From: Macrostomum hystrix
Taxonomy: Eukaryota > Animalia > Platyhelminthes
Direction of reading: 5' to 3'
Assembly: GCA_950097015.1 (NCBI GenBank)
Contig: CATNEN010000025.1
Span: 4,216,001-4,280,000, forward strand
Length of the DNA stretch: 64,000 nucleotides
Position numbers and translations under genes: made by a program. The notes below the pieces were generated by a model, which had not been told where the DNA came from, did not search any database, and saw only the letters and a program-made list of their open reading frames with translations. Every line of letters begins with the position of its first letter. The stretch's first letter is position 1. Shown piece after piece: positions 25,230 to 38,700 of the stretch.

Positions 25230-27290
25230 AATTCCACAGAGTTGGTATCTAAATCCCTAATCCCAAATAGTTGGTATATAAATCCCTAATCCCAAATAGT
25301 TGGTATCTAAATCCCTAATCCCAAATAGTTGGTATCTAAATCCCTAATCCCAAATAGTTGGTATCTAAATCCCTAATCCCAAATAGTTGGTATCTAAATC
25401 CCTAATCCCAAATAGTTGGTATCTAAATCCCTAATCCCAAATAGTTGGTATCTAAATCCCTAATCCCAAATAGTTGGTATCTAAATCCCTAATCCCAAAT
25501 AGTTGGTATCTAAATCCCTAATCCCAAATAGTTGGTATATAAATCCCTAATCCCAAATAGTTGGTATCTAAATCCCTAATCCCAAATAATTGGTATCTGA
25601 ATCCCTAATCCCAAATAATTGGTATCTGAATCCCTAATCCCAAATAGTTGGCATCTAAATGCCTAATCCCAAATAATTGGTATCTAAATCCCTATTCCCA
25701 AATAATTGGTATCTGAATCCCTAATCCCAAATAATTGGCATCTAAATGCCTAATCCCAAATAATTGGTATCTAAATCCCTATTCCCAAATAATTGGTATC
25801 TGAATCCCTAATCCCAAATAATTGGTATCTGAATCCCTAATCCCAAATAGTTGATATCTGAATCCCTAATCCCAAATAATTGGTATCTAAATCCCTATTC
25901 CCAAATAATTGGTATCTGAATCCCTAATCCCAAATAATTGATATCTAAATCCCTATTCCCAAATAATTGGTATCTGAATCCCTAATCCCAAATAATTGGT
26001 ATCTAAATCCCTAATCCCAAATAGTTGATATCTAAATCCCTATTCCCAAATAATTGGTATCTGAATCCCTAATCCCAAATAATTGGTATCTGAATCCCTA
26101 ATCCCAAATAATTGTTATATAAATCCCTAATCCCAAATAGTTGGTATCTAAATCCCTAATCCCAAATAGTTGGTATCTAAATCCCTAATCCCAAATAATT
26201 GTTATATACATCCCTAATCCCAAATAGTTGGTATCTAAATCCCTAATCCCAAATAGTTGATATCTGAATCCCTAATCCCAAATAGTTGGTATCTAAATGC
26301 CTAATCCCATAGTTGTTGTCTAAATTCCTAATCCCAAAGAGTTGGTATCTAAATTCCTAATCCCATAGTTGTTGTCTAAATTCCTAATCCCAAAGAGTTG
26401 GTATCTAAATTCCTAATCCCATAGTTGTTGTCTAAATTCCTAATCCCAAAGAGTTGGTATCTAAATTCCTAATCCCAAATAGTTGGTATCTAAATCCCTA
26501 ATCCCAAATAATTGTTATATACATCCCTAATCCCAAATAGTTGGTATCTAAATCCCTAATCCCAAATAGTTGATATCTGAATCCCTAATCCCAAATAGTT
26601 GGTATCTAAATGCCTAATCCCATAGTTGTTGTCTAAATTCCTAATCCCAAAGAGTTGGTATCTAAATTCCTAATCCCATAGTTGTTGTCTAAATTCCTAA
26701 TCCCAAAGAGTTGGTATCTAAATTCCTAATCCCATAGTTGTTGTCTAAATTCCTAATCCCAAAGAGTTGGTATCTAAATGCCTAATCCCATAGTTGTTGT
26801 CTAAATCCCTAATCCCAAAGAGTTGGTATCTAAATGCCTAATCCCATAGTTGTTGTCTAAATTCCTAATCCCAAAGAGTTGGTATCTAAATGCCTAATCC
26901 CATAGTTGTTGTCTAAATTCCTAATCCCAAAGAGTTGGTATCTAAATTCCTAATCCCATAGTTGTTGTCTAAATTCCTAATCCCAAAGAGTTGGTATCTA
27001 AATTCCTAATCCCATAGTTGTTGTCTAAATTCCTAATCCCAAAGAGTTGGTATCTAAATGCCTAATCCCATAGTTGTTGTCTAAATCCCTAATCCCAAAG
27101 AGTTGGTATCTAAATGCCTAATCCCATAGTTGTTGTCTAAATTCCTAATCCCAAAGAGTTGGTATCTAAATGCCTAATCCCATAGTTGTTGTCTAAATTC
27201 CTAATCCCAAAGAGTTGGTATCTAAATTCCTAATCCCATAGTTGTTGTCTAAATCCCTAATCCCAAAGAGTTGGTATCTAAATGCCTAAT
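25230..27290. repeat. 29-bp minisatellite CCCTAATCCCAAATAGTTGGTATCTAAAT, switching to a 29+27 dimer in the right half
   Basis: Direct inspection; CCCTAA hexamer in most units. Confidence 0.92.
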
Positions 27291-28169
27291 AATTAACTCT
27301 TGCGTCTGAAATCTGAATTCTCTTATCTGGTATTTCAAGGCGTGGTGACTCTAGTCCTGATAAGCTTTTTCTTGTCAGCATTGATCTGCATTCTGCATAA
27401 TTCTGATTATAATTCCGCTTAAGCCTTCCGCGGCTGTTTTCAATTTTAAAATATAGAAATTACCTGGACTTTTAGTGAGGATCAGAATAAATAAATAGTA
27501 GGGCTGGCAGTCCGACAGACTGGTGTCCAGTTTCTGTGAAAGACAGTAGCTATATGCTTTCATGTATGTCATGCTAGCTAGTCTCCATGTCATTTATCTA
27601 GTTTAGGGCAGGGCTTCAGTGGTTGGCCAAGTCAACAGGAACATGATCTTGTTTCTGCCATCAGTGTATGCCAGTAGGTTTGTTGTCAGTCTATTTAATT
27701 AAATATTTATTACTGGTGTCGTGTGCCAGCTGCTGTTGACCCGCTTGCCTGAATTTTTTTTCCGAGTCTTAGCAAAAGATCTTATCTTCGAGTTGATATA
27801 GGTTCTTCGAAATTTCCCTATGTACTTTTACTATTCAATAAACAATAATTAAAAGCTTAAAACATTATTTTCAACGAAATTCTCGTGGGCATCTATACAT
27901 AGCATAAGGAATTCGTTTTTTCTCTCACATTACTCTCAGGTGCTATGTATAGATGTCCGTGAAATTACTAAACGAAACGATAGATCGATTCCTGGTTATG
28001 CCATTGTTCGAGATACCCATGCTGCAAAGCTTTATATGACCGGTGTGTCATTGTTTACAAATTAGAATCCTTCAAAGTACGGCTGTTCAGTCCATGGACA
28101 GTGGTAAAATTTCAATTAGATTTATATAATCAATCCCCCTATGAACCCGGCACTACAATCAGGCTAGGG

Positions 28170-28460
28170 GTTTGATAGCCTTGTGGTTAGAGCGACGGAC
28201 TTACGACTTACAGGTCTGGGGTTCGATTCCCGACTCCTGTGGAATAATTTGTGTCCTTTAGCAAGACACTTAAATCTTCATTGCGTCAGTTCACCCAGCT
28301 GTTAAATGGGTACCAGCATCAGCTGGGGTAACTGAGGCTGGGTGTGGCGTCCCCCCAGTCCATGGACTGAACAGCCGTAAGCAGCCTTAGATGCGCCGTA
28401 CAATAGCTGCGGCTGCGCTTTCGGCTTCACATCTGGCCCAATTAATTATTATTATTATTT
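28170..28460 (+). mobile_element. tRNA-derived SINE with CORE (MIR-like) central domain
   Basis: A-box-like TAGCCTTGTGGTTAGAGCG and B-box GGTTCGATTCC. The central TGTGTCCTTTAGCAAGACACTTAAATC..TCAGTTCACCCAGCTGTTAAATGGG parallels the CORE consensus. (ATT)n tail. Confidence 0.75.
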
Positions 28461-28491
28461 TACTTACTGCATTATAGCAAAAAAGCCTGCA

Positions 28492-29622
28492 TTCAGGGCA
28501 TGTGACAGTCTGTATTCAGGGCATGTGACAGTCTGTATTCAGGGCATGTGACAGTCTGTATTCAGGGCATGTGACAGTCTGTATTCAGGGCATGTGACAG
28601 TCTGTATTCAGGGCATGTGACAGTCTGTATTCAGGGAATGTAACAGCCTGTATTCAGGGCATATGACAGCCTGTATTCAGGGAATGTAACAGCCTGTATT
28701 CAGGGAATGTAACAGCCTGTATTCAGGGCATATGACAGCCTGTATTCAGGGAGTGTAACAGCCTGTATTCAGGGTATATGACAGCCTGTATTCAGGGAGT
28801 GTAACAGCCTGTATTCAGGGAATGTAACAGCCTGTATTCAGGGAATGTAACAGCCTGTATTCAGGGTATATGACAGCCTGTATTCAGGGAGTGTAACAGC
28901 CTGTATTCAGGGAATGTAACAGCCTGTATTCAGGGAATGTAACAGCCTGTATTCAGGGCATATGACAGCCTGTATTCAGGGAAAGTGACAGCCTGTATTC
29001 AGGGAATGTAACAGCCTGTATTCAGGGCATATGGCAGCCTGTATTCAGGGAGTGTAACAGCCTGTATTCAGGGTATATGACAGCCTGTATTCAGGGAGTG
29101 TAACAGCCTGTATTCAGGGAATGTAACAGCCTGTATTCAGGGAATGTAACAGCCTGTATTCAGGGTATATGACAGCCTGTATTCAGGGAGTGTAACAGCC
29201 TGTATTCAGGGAATGTAACAGCCTGTATTCAGGGAATGTAACAGCCTGTATTCAGGGCATATGACAGCCTGTATTCAGGGAAAGTGACAGCCTGTATTCA
29301 GGGAATGTAACAGCCTGTATTCAGGGCATATGGCAGCCTGTATTCAGGGAGTGTAACAGCCTGTATTCAGGGTATATGACAGCCTGTATTCAGGGAGTGT
29401 AACAGCCTGTATTCAGGGAATGTAACAGCCTGTATTCAGGGAATGTAACAGCCTGTATTCAGGGAATGTAACAGCCTGTATTCAGGGCATATGACAGCCT
29501 GTATTCAGGGAAAGTGACAGCCTGTATTCAGGGAATGTAACAGCCTGTATTCAGCGCATATGGCAGCCTGTATTCAGGGAAAGTGACAGCCTGTATTCAG
29601 GGAATGTAACAGCCTGTATTCA
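28492..29622. repeat. 23-bp minisatellite CAGCCTGTATTCAGGGAATGTAA with block duplications
   Basis: Period 23; ends ~125 bp upstream of the CSE1L ATG. Confidence 0.92.
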
Positions 29623-29747
29623 GGCAATGAACGTCCTAATCAGTTTTCTACCTATTTTTTCAGCTCTAATCGTAAAGGCTTTTTGCTCATTTAAGAAGAG
29701 CTCTCGACTCGACTCTACACTTGAATAATACAAACAACAGAACAATA

Positions 29748-32700
29748 ATGGAGGCCATTGTGCAGCACATTGAGAACACGGTCTCGCCAGATCCATCTGT
29801 ACGCAAGCCGAGCGAGAAGCATCTGCAGTCGGCCGCCTGTCAGCCGGGTTTCCCCTTATCTCTGCTGCACATTGTGTGCCAGCCGGCACTGTCTGGCACT
29901 GTCCGCCTGTCAGCTGCCGTACTGCTCAAGAACACCGTCAAGCAGCACTGGCGCGACGACGATTCAGCCGACACCTCCATCGGGCCAGACGATCGGGAAA
30001 GACTAAAATGTGAATTAGTCGACGCCATGCTATCTAGCCCTGCGGCGCTGCAGAACCAGCTATCGGATGTGATTGCTTTGATTGGTCGGGCTGATTTTCC
30101 GGAGCGTTGGCCCGGCCTGATTGGCCAGCTAGTAAATAGATTCAGTTCCGGCGATTTTCACGCTATCAATGGCGTATTAAAGACTGCCCACTCTCTGTTT
30201 CGGCGCTATCGTTTCGAATCGCGCTCCGATCGACTCTGGCTAGAGATTAAATACGTGCTTCAGCATTTTGCCCAGCCGCTCACTGACCTATTTCTGGCCG
30301 CTATGGACTATGCCGCTGCTCAGGTCAACGCTAACAATAAGGATGGCCTGCAAGTGGGTGCTAACTCTGTCATCTGATGACATTTCACGTACATATCGTT
30401 ATGTCTCTCCTTTATGTCTTTCTATTTCCTTTCCTTAGTCTCTGTTTCTCAAGTCTATCTCTGTGTTTCTCGAGTCTTTTTCTGTGTTTCTCAACTCTAT
30501 CTCTGTGTTTCCCGAATCTATTTCTGTGTTTCTCGAATCTATTTCTGTGTTTCTCGAATCTATTTCTGTGTTTCTCGAATCTATTTCTGTGTTTCTCGAA
30601 TCTATTTCTGTGTTTCTCGAATCTATTTCTGTGTTTCTCGAATCTATTTCTGTGTTTCTCGAATCTATTTCTGTGTTTCTCGAGTCTATCTACGTGTTTC
30701 TCGAGACTATCTCTGTGTTTCTCGAGTCTTTTTCTGTCTTTCTCAACTCTATCTCTGTGTTTCTCGAATCTATCTACGTGTTTCTCGATGCTATTTCTGT
30801 GTTTCTCAAGTCTATCTCTGTGTTTCTCGAGTCTATCTACGTGTTTCTCGAGTCTATCTCTGTGTTTCTCGAGTCTTTTTCTGTCTTTCTCAACTCTATC
30901 TCTGTGTTTCTCGAATCTATCTACGTGTTTCTCGATGCTATTTCTGTGTTTCTCAAGTCTATCTCTGTGTTTCTCGAGTCTATCTACGTGTTTCTCGAGT
31001 CTATCTCTGTGTTTCTCGAGTTTAACTACGTGTTTCTCGAGTCTTTTTCTGTGTTTCTCAAATCTATCTCATTTTTATTTAGGCTATGGCTAAGTGGCCA
31101 ACCCTCAATGTCATTGCAGACTGTGTGCGGCTGTCTACTGCTAGTGTGCAAGATATTCTACAGTCTAAACTATCAAGACATACCCGAATTCTTCGAGGAC
31201 AACATGCCCAAATGGATGCCCCGCCTAAGAGAGCTGCTGCAGTTGCGCAGTCCGCTGCTAGAATCACCGGACGCTGACGAGGCCGGCATTCTGGAACAGA
31301 TCGGCTCGCAGATCTGCGAAATTGTCGGCCTGTACGCCTGCAAATATGACGAAGAGTTTGCGCAATACCTGCCAGACTTTGTCAAGGACGTCTGGAGCTT
31401 GCTTCTGGCCACCGGGCCGCAACCGAAATTCGACCTGTTGGTTAGCAACGCCATCAAATTTCTGGCTAGCGTGGCTGAGCGACCTCAGAATAAGCAGCTG
31501 TTTGGCGAACCCGAGACCCTGAGACAGCTGTGCGAGCGAATTGTCATTCCCAATATGCATTTGAGACCGTCCGATGAGGAAGTGTTCCACTACAATGCTG
31601 AGGAGTGAGTTACACGCAAATGGGGATAATCCAATCTTATCTTTGGGGCTTGCGTATTTTGTTGTTGTTGTTGGGATAATCCACTGCGTTTAGATGTATA
31701 AGAATGTGGCGGTTGGGACACTGCGAAAATTATGCAGTCTAGTGGATAAAGATGCTTGGGATAATGGGATAACTATAGACATAATAGTAGATTAAAATGT
31801 TGGGATACTGGGATAACTATGCACAGTTTCGCTGAATATTTTTGGGATTATGGGATAATTGCAGCAGATGTTTACATTTGGATAATGAGATAAGTAAGGG
31901 TTCCTAGTAGTATATTGACTTGAGCATTGTTATAAAGGACAGAAAAGACAATTCGATGTGATTTTCCTTGAACCCATTCCGCAGGTACATCCGTCGCGAC
32001 ATGGAGGGCAGCGATCTGGACACTCGCCGTCGGGCCGCCTGCGATCTGGTGCGCGCTCTCTGCAAATCATTCGAAGGCCCCGTGATCGGGCACTTCAGCC
32101 AGTACGTGCAGCACCTGCTGCAGGAATACGCAGCCAATAGGCAGGCGGCCTGGCGCAGTAAGGATGCCGCTCTCTACCTGGTGACCTCTCTGGCTGCCAA
32201 GGCCCAGACTAGTCGTCACGGCGTCACCCAGGCCACTGAGCTGGTGAACCTGGCCGAGTTCTGCCGCGGCCAGGCCCTGCCGGAGCTGCAGGAGAGCGGC
32301 GTCGACACTCTGCCGGTAGTGCGGGCGGCCTGTTTAAAATTTCTCGTCACCTTCAGATCGCAGCTGCCGCCGGAGCTGGTGATTGGCGCCCTGCCGCTAG
32401 CCGTGGCTCACCTGGCCGCCGAGTCGCCTGTCTGTCATTCTTACGCGGCCGCTTTTATTGAACGGGCCCAGACTGTGCGCAGCGGCACCGGGGCGGCGGC
32501 CACCGGCGCCGGCGGCGCCCTCATTGTGACCTCGCACAATATGCCAGATCCGCAGGCGCTGTTCCAGGGCCTGTTTGGCCTGCTTAGCCGGTCAGGCTCC
32601 GAGGAGAATGACTACGCTATGAAATGCCTCATGCGGTCTTTGTTCACTTATAAGCAGCGCGCTCTGCCCTGCTTCGGCCTTGTTGTACCGCGCCTGACCT

Positions 32701-35700
32701 ACATTATCCAGCAGGTGTCTAAGGTAAGCCAACATCTGTGTCCGACCTTAATCGGTAATTTAATGGGTCATACACTGATTCGGTCATTGGATGGGTCATA
32801 TACTGAGTCGGTCATTGGATGGGTCATACATTGAGTCGGTCATTGGATGGGTCCTACGCTGACTGAGTCGGTCATTGGATGGTTCATACACTGACTGAGT
32901 CGGTCATTGGATGGGTCATACGCTGATTCGGTCATTGGAAGGGTCATCTACTGATTTAGTCATTGGATGGGTCATGCACTGAGTCGGTCATTTGATGGTT
33001 CATACACCGATTCGGTCATTGGAAGGGTCATACGCTGATTCAGTCGTTAGATGGGTCGTACACTGAGTCGGTCATGGGATGGGTCATATACTGATTCAGT
33101 CATTGGATGGGTCCTACGCTGATTCAGTCATTGGATGGGTCATACATTGAGTCGGTCATTGGATGGGTCCTACGCTGATTCAGTCGTTGGATGGGTCGTA
33201 CACTGAGTCGGTCATGGGATGGGTCATATACTGATTCAGTCATTGGATGGGTCATACATTGAGTCGGTCATTGGATGGGTCCTACGCTGATTCAGTCGTT
33301 AGATGGGTCGTACACTGAGTCGGTCATGGGATGGGTCATATACTGATTCAGTCATTGGATGGGTCATACACTGAATGTATCGTTCGAAGCGGTATTCACA
33401 AATCAATTATAAAGTTAATAGTGTCCTAAATTAGTCATTGAGTTGGTCATATTCCGAATCGTTCAGCTCATGTTTAAAGTTCGCTGTCGTGAATTGATAC
33501 TAAAACTTAAGATTAGACTCTGTGGAAAATTCTATTAATAAGATAGTTATTTATTTGTTACTCATAATTACTCCTAATACAAGCAGACAGCAGTATCAAA
33601 ATATCACAAATTATTATTATAACACATTACGATGTTGTCAATTTCGCAGTAAAAGAGGCTGTGCAGTTATAGGCATTAGACTAATGCCTATAAATCAAGT
33701 GAGATTACGAGGTTACATTTCAGTTTTTGAGCAAAAATCGTATAATAACTGCTTAAAACTCGTGCTAAAAAACTGTTCTCATATAACAGTCTCATCATAT
33801 TATGACTATAAGTGGAACTATACTTTATTTTTATCCAAACATTAAAGCCAAACAAATAGGTGGGAATGAAGCTACTAGCGAAAAAAATATGCGGTTTGTG
33901 TCCAGCGGCTTAGTCTAGGACCTAACAGGACTCGAATTCTACGAGTACTTTGCCAGCACATACTGGGACTGGTTGGACTGTGCCAACACACACTGGGACT
34001 GGTTGGACTGTACCAACACACACTGGGACTGGTTGGACTGTGCCAACACATACTGGGACTACACACTGGGACTGGTTGGACTGTGCCAACACATACTGGG
34101 ACTGGTTGGACTGTGCCAACACACACTGGGACTGGTTGGACTGTGCCAACACACACTGGGACTGGTTGGACTGCGCCAACACACACTGGGACTGGTTGGA
34201 CTGTGCCAACATACACTGGGACTGGTTGGACTGTGCCAACACACACTGGGACTGGTTGGACTGTGCCAACACACACTGGGACTGGTTGGACTGCGCCAAC
34301 ACACACTGGGACTGGTTGGACTGTGCCAACATACACTGGGACTGGTTGGACTGTGCCAACACACACTGGGACTGGTTGGACTGTGCCAACACACACTGGG
34401 ACTGGTTGGACTGTGCCAACACACACTGGGACTGGTTGGACTGTGCCAACACACTAATACCGGAAATGTGATGGATGTTTCATTTTATAGTCGCCGTTTA
34501 CACAAACAAGTCTGACTATCGACTTCAGACTTTTTATGATAGCGCGTCATATTCTTGCGGGTCGGCTACAAATAAACTTCTTTGTGGTTGTCGCCGTGGT
34601 TTCCGCCGCTATTATCGTCGCCGCAATGATTATTGGTGTTAGGCGCAGCCACCCTGGCAATACTGTAGCTATTGATGCTGTTAATGTTAGCTGGCCAATG
34701 ATGCTGATGATGCTGCTGCTGCATCATCGGCTCAAGTCGAGCCTTGAGTCGCCGTTTAACCCGCATGCTGGCCAGCCAGATATAGTTATTTACCAGCTGG
34801 GCTGCTAGGAAGATTACAACAGCGGTTAGGATTAGCACGGGAGTGCCCAGTAGCCAGTGCCGATTAGCCTGGAAGTCCAGCTTGCCAACGTCGTCCAATT
34901 TGGGATCCCGCGCCTTAATTAAGCCGTAGAGCAGGCCAGTTAGCAGGCAGGTGACGCCGGCGAAGATCATCAGGCGTCTGGCGTAGATCCAGGCTCGAAT
35001 TGATGGCTCAGCGCTCAGCGCCAGACTCAGAAGGCATCGGCGCAGCTGATCGTTGGCTCCAGGTGTGCGCTCCAGCCTGTCCAAGCAGGCCAGCTGCTGG
35101 CACAGACGACGCAGCGCCCCGTCGTCATTATCCATTGTTTGATGGGGTCGGTTGGACACAGCTATATTTTTCTGAAGATCATATTCTGACCTCGGCGTCC
35201 TCTTTGTGCTTATTAGGCTGGAAGTCCCTATTTGTTGGTTGGTTTTAAAGCATTGAGCCAATCGGAACTTGAGGTTTTCTAATATGATTACTTTACTTAC
35301 ACGTCTGAGTATTTACTTCTTCAGTGGAGAAAAGTCTGCAATATTTTACTCAGATGAAGTACAAGAGTCCAAAAATTTGAGTGAGTATGCTCAAATATTT
35401 TGTGAGGACATGTATTTAGCGTTTAGTTTCACTGTACTCGTCGTAGGACCCTGCAGCGTTTTTAAAGCGGTGCCGTTAAATGGCCTGCATGATTGAGATT
35501 TTTAAGAAGGATAGAGACAGCTGCTGCCGCTGCAGACAGACGGGCATAGCTTCACAACTCAGGTAGAAAGGAGTAGTTAATAGGCTTAGCAATAATCTTC
35601 TCGTTTTATTGTACTCCGCTCTGTGAGAAATCTATAACTCTCCTTGTACTCGTATATAAGGCCTTATGATTTTTCAACTGTTCCTTCTGGCGTGCCTGTC

Positions 35701-38700
35701 ACAAGGAGAGGTTTACTTCTTTACATTTATTTTCAATAATTTCTGTATAATCTGCTTCTCTTGACAATGTCTCAGGCTTGTATAGACTGTATAGCGGCTG
35801 CTACAAAATCAGCAAATAAAATCCGTTAATATATAAATTCAAACTGACTTAAATGAACGGCAATATATTTCAAAGTATAATCTTAATCCCTAGTCAGACA
35901 GACGTCTTGCGCCTCTTCGCTGCCTACAGTCGTAGACCTAGCCTAGCTGAGAACACAGTGTCAGTCTTCCCTCTAATCTATATTATTTATCTTGGTGAAT
36001 TGTAAATCGTAAAATGACGGATGCATAAAAAATTCATAACATGCCGTCGTTTGGTTAGGCATAGTTGCGAGGAAAGCAACTTAGGCGAGTCTAATGGTTT
36101 AATCTACGGACTTTTAAGCGAGAGGTCGAGAGTTCGAATATTTTAGTTATTGTCTTTTAAAGGGAAATAAGCACCTGTATTTGCTGGAGTGGCAGCCTCA
36201 TCACTTCTGTGCTGAACATCTGAATACATACTGTGGTCCAACTGCGTTGGCTATTATTTCGATCTGTCAATCCATCAAAGTATTGCTAGACAGAAAGTTA
36301 CATTTTGTACACTTGGTCCATTTGTCTTCAGACTCGCATCATTAATTATTAAGCATGGCATGGGCATTTTACATGCATGTAAGAGTGAAGATTTGAATCA
36401 GAAGAATTTGAAAGCCTGATAAATCCTCGCCGACTATATTGGTACAAGACGCACGGCAGCAGGTGCTAGCTTAATACTTTGACTTTACATTCAGCCTGCA
36501 TCCAATCCAAAAGGGAAGAATTTCTTCGATCCCCAAATTTCTCTGTCGGCATCTGTCGCGCCAATTGTCCAGAGGGCGTTAAATCGTTCTTCTCTCCTAA
36601 GCTTTTATCCCGGTCGCATCCCTTTTATCTTTCATATCGATAAAATTTCTTGTGCCTTTCCTGTTCTTAGCCACTGGCAAAATCTTCCTGACAGCAACTG
36701 TCCATTTCGCTTTCAATTCTTCTTTGATTGTATTATCCTTATTTTTCTCCAATTCACCGTTTCTTCTTTGCCTTCATTTTTAGATCGAAAAGAAGCACGA
36801 CTGTCTATACTTATGAACTAGAATGCTTATATAGAAAATAGTTTTTTGAGTGTTGATATTGGGAACAAAAACTATTTTTTTCTCTCTGCAGAACCCGTCC
36901 AAGCCTCTATTTAATCACTACCTGTTCGAGGCCCTGTGCCTATGCGTCACAACCGCCTGTCAAGCCGACCCCAGCGCCACTGGCCAGTTTGAAGCGGCCC
37001 TGTTCCCGCTGTTCCAGGACATTCTGCAGCGCGATGTCACCGATTTTCTGCCTTACACCTTTCAGGTGAGTGGTTCTGTTAATGGAAAACTCGATGAATC
37101 AACTGTTTTGATGGCTACTATTAGTAGGCTACCTAGTTTACTCAAAACAGCAGTTTTTTAGTCTTAACATTTATCATCTCGAGCAATTTATAACCTTGAA
37201 ATCCAATAGTGTAAATATATCCACTTCGTTTTTTAATTATCCCCATCAAATCCTCTAAAGTTTTAACGTTACCCCTTTGCAGATATCTTTAGATTTAAAT
37301 ATTTCCCCCTTTTAATCCCATAAATGTTTCTATTAACCTTCTAATTCCCCAACCTACTCGCCCAGGTGCTGGCCCTGCTGTTGGAGCAGCACTCGGACGG
37401 CCCAAGCGAACCCTACTGGGCTCTGTTCCCCTTTCTGCTGGCCCCGGTGCTGTGGGAGCGGGCGGCCAACGTGCCCGCCCTGGCTCGCCTATTGCGCGCC
37501 TATGTCCGGTCGGCAGGCCGTAGCCTAACCGAGGCCCGGGTCAGCTCGGTGCTGGGTGTATTCCAGAAGCTGTTGGAGTCCAAGGCGCACGATCATCATG
37601 CATTCGCCCTGCTGTGCCAGCTGGTTGCTAGCCTGCCGGATCAGCTGATGGACAAGTTCACCAGGCCGGTGCTGATGCTGGTGTTTCAACGCCTGATGCG
37701 GGCTCGCACAGTCAAGTACGTCAAGCAGCTGCTGGTATTCTTGGCCGCCTACGCCCTGGCCAAGGGTCCCGACAGGCTGGTGGCAGCCGTGGACGGAGTT
37801 CAGGCTGGCATGTTCGCCATGGTAATTGAGAGCCTGGTGCTGGTTGACATGCAGAAGGTCGACGCTGGTACTGATAGGCGCGTCTGCAGCCTTGGCTTCG
37901 GCCGTGTGCTCACCGACTGTACAGGTGAGAATACTGCTTGATTCCTGACCCTACCTATACCTGATCTCTGGTACTACTCATACCTAATCCTTACCCTACT
38001 CATACCTGATACCTGACCCTACTCATACCAGATACCTGACCCTACTCATACCTGGTAATTGACCCTACTCATACCTGGTAATTGACCCTACTCATACCTA
38101 ATCCTTACCCTACTCATACCTGGTAATTGACCCTACTCATACCTAATCCTTACCCTACTCATACCTAATCCTGACCCTACTCATAGCTGATACCTGACCC
38201 TACTCATACCTGGTAATTGACCCTACTCATACCTAATCCTGACCCTACTCATACCTGATACCTGACCCTACTCATACCAGATACCTGACCCTACTCATAC
38301 CTGGTAATTGACCCTACTCATACCTAATCCTGACCCTACTCATACCTGACCCTACTCACACCTAATCCTGATCCTACTCATACATGACCCTACTCACACC
38401 TAATCCTGACCCTACTCATACCTGACCCTACTCACACCTAATCCTGATCCTACTCATACCTGACCCTACTCACACCTAATCCTGATCCTAATCATACATG
38501 ACCCTACTCACACCTAATCCTGATCCTACTCATACCTGATCCTGACCCTACTCATACCTGATCGCTGACCCTACTCATACCTGATCCTGACCCTACTCAT
38601 ACCTGATCCTGACCCTACTCATACCTGATCCTGACCCTACTCACCTGATGCTGACCCTACTAACATCATACCTGCACCCTGGCGCTACTCTGAACATGAT

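Noticed and set aside
28170-28245. Genuine tRNA gene
   Set aside because: The anticodon stem does not pair (ACGGA vs CTTAC) and the sequence continues into a CORE-like domain and (ATT)n tail, so it is a SINE head.
30377-31119. Long ORFs running through CSE1L intron 1 (238, 203 and the first part of the 381-aa ORF)
   Set aside because: Product of a 21-bp stop-poor repeat. The exon 1 frame stops at 30375-30377, and a clean GT/AG phase-0 junction 30353/31120 restores the CSE1L alignment.
33875-34515. Repetitive ORFs in all six frames
   Set aside because: A 30-bp tandem repeat lacking stop codons; no evidence of coding function.
36400-36800. Lys-rich coding-like stretch on the minus strand in CSE1L intron 4
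   Set aside because: Interrupted by stops with no recognisable motif; possibly a decayed retroelement, but I cannot support that.
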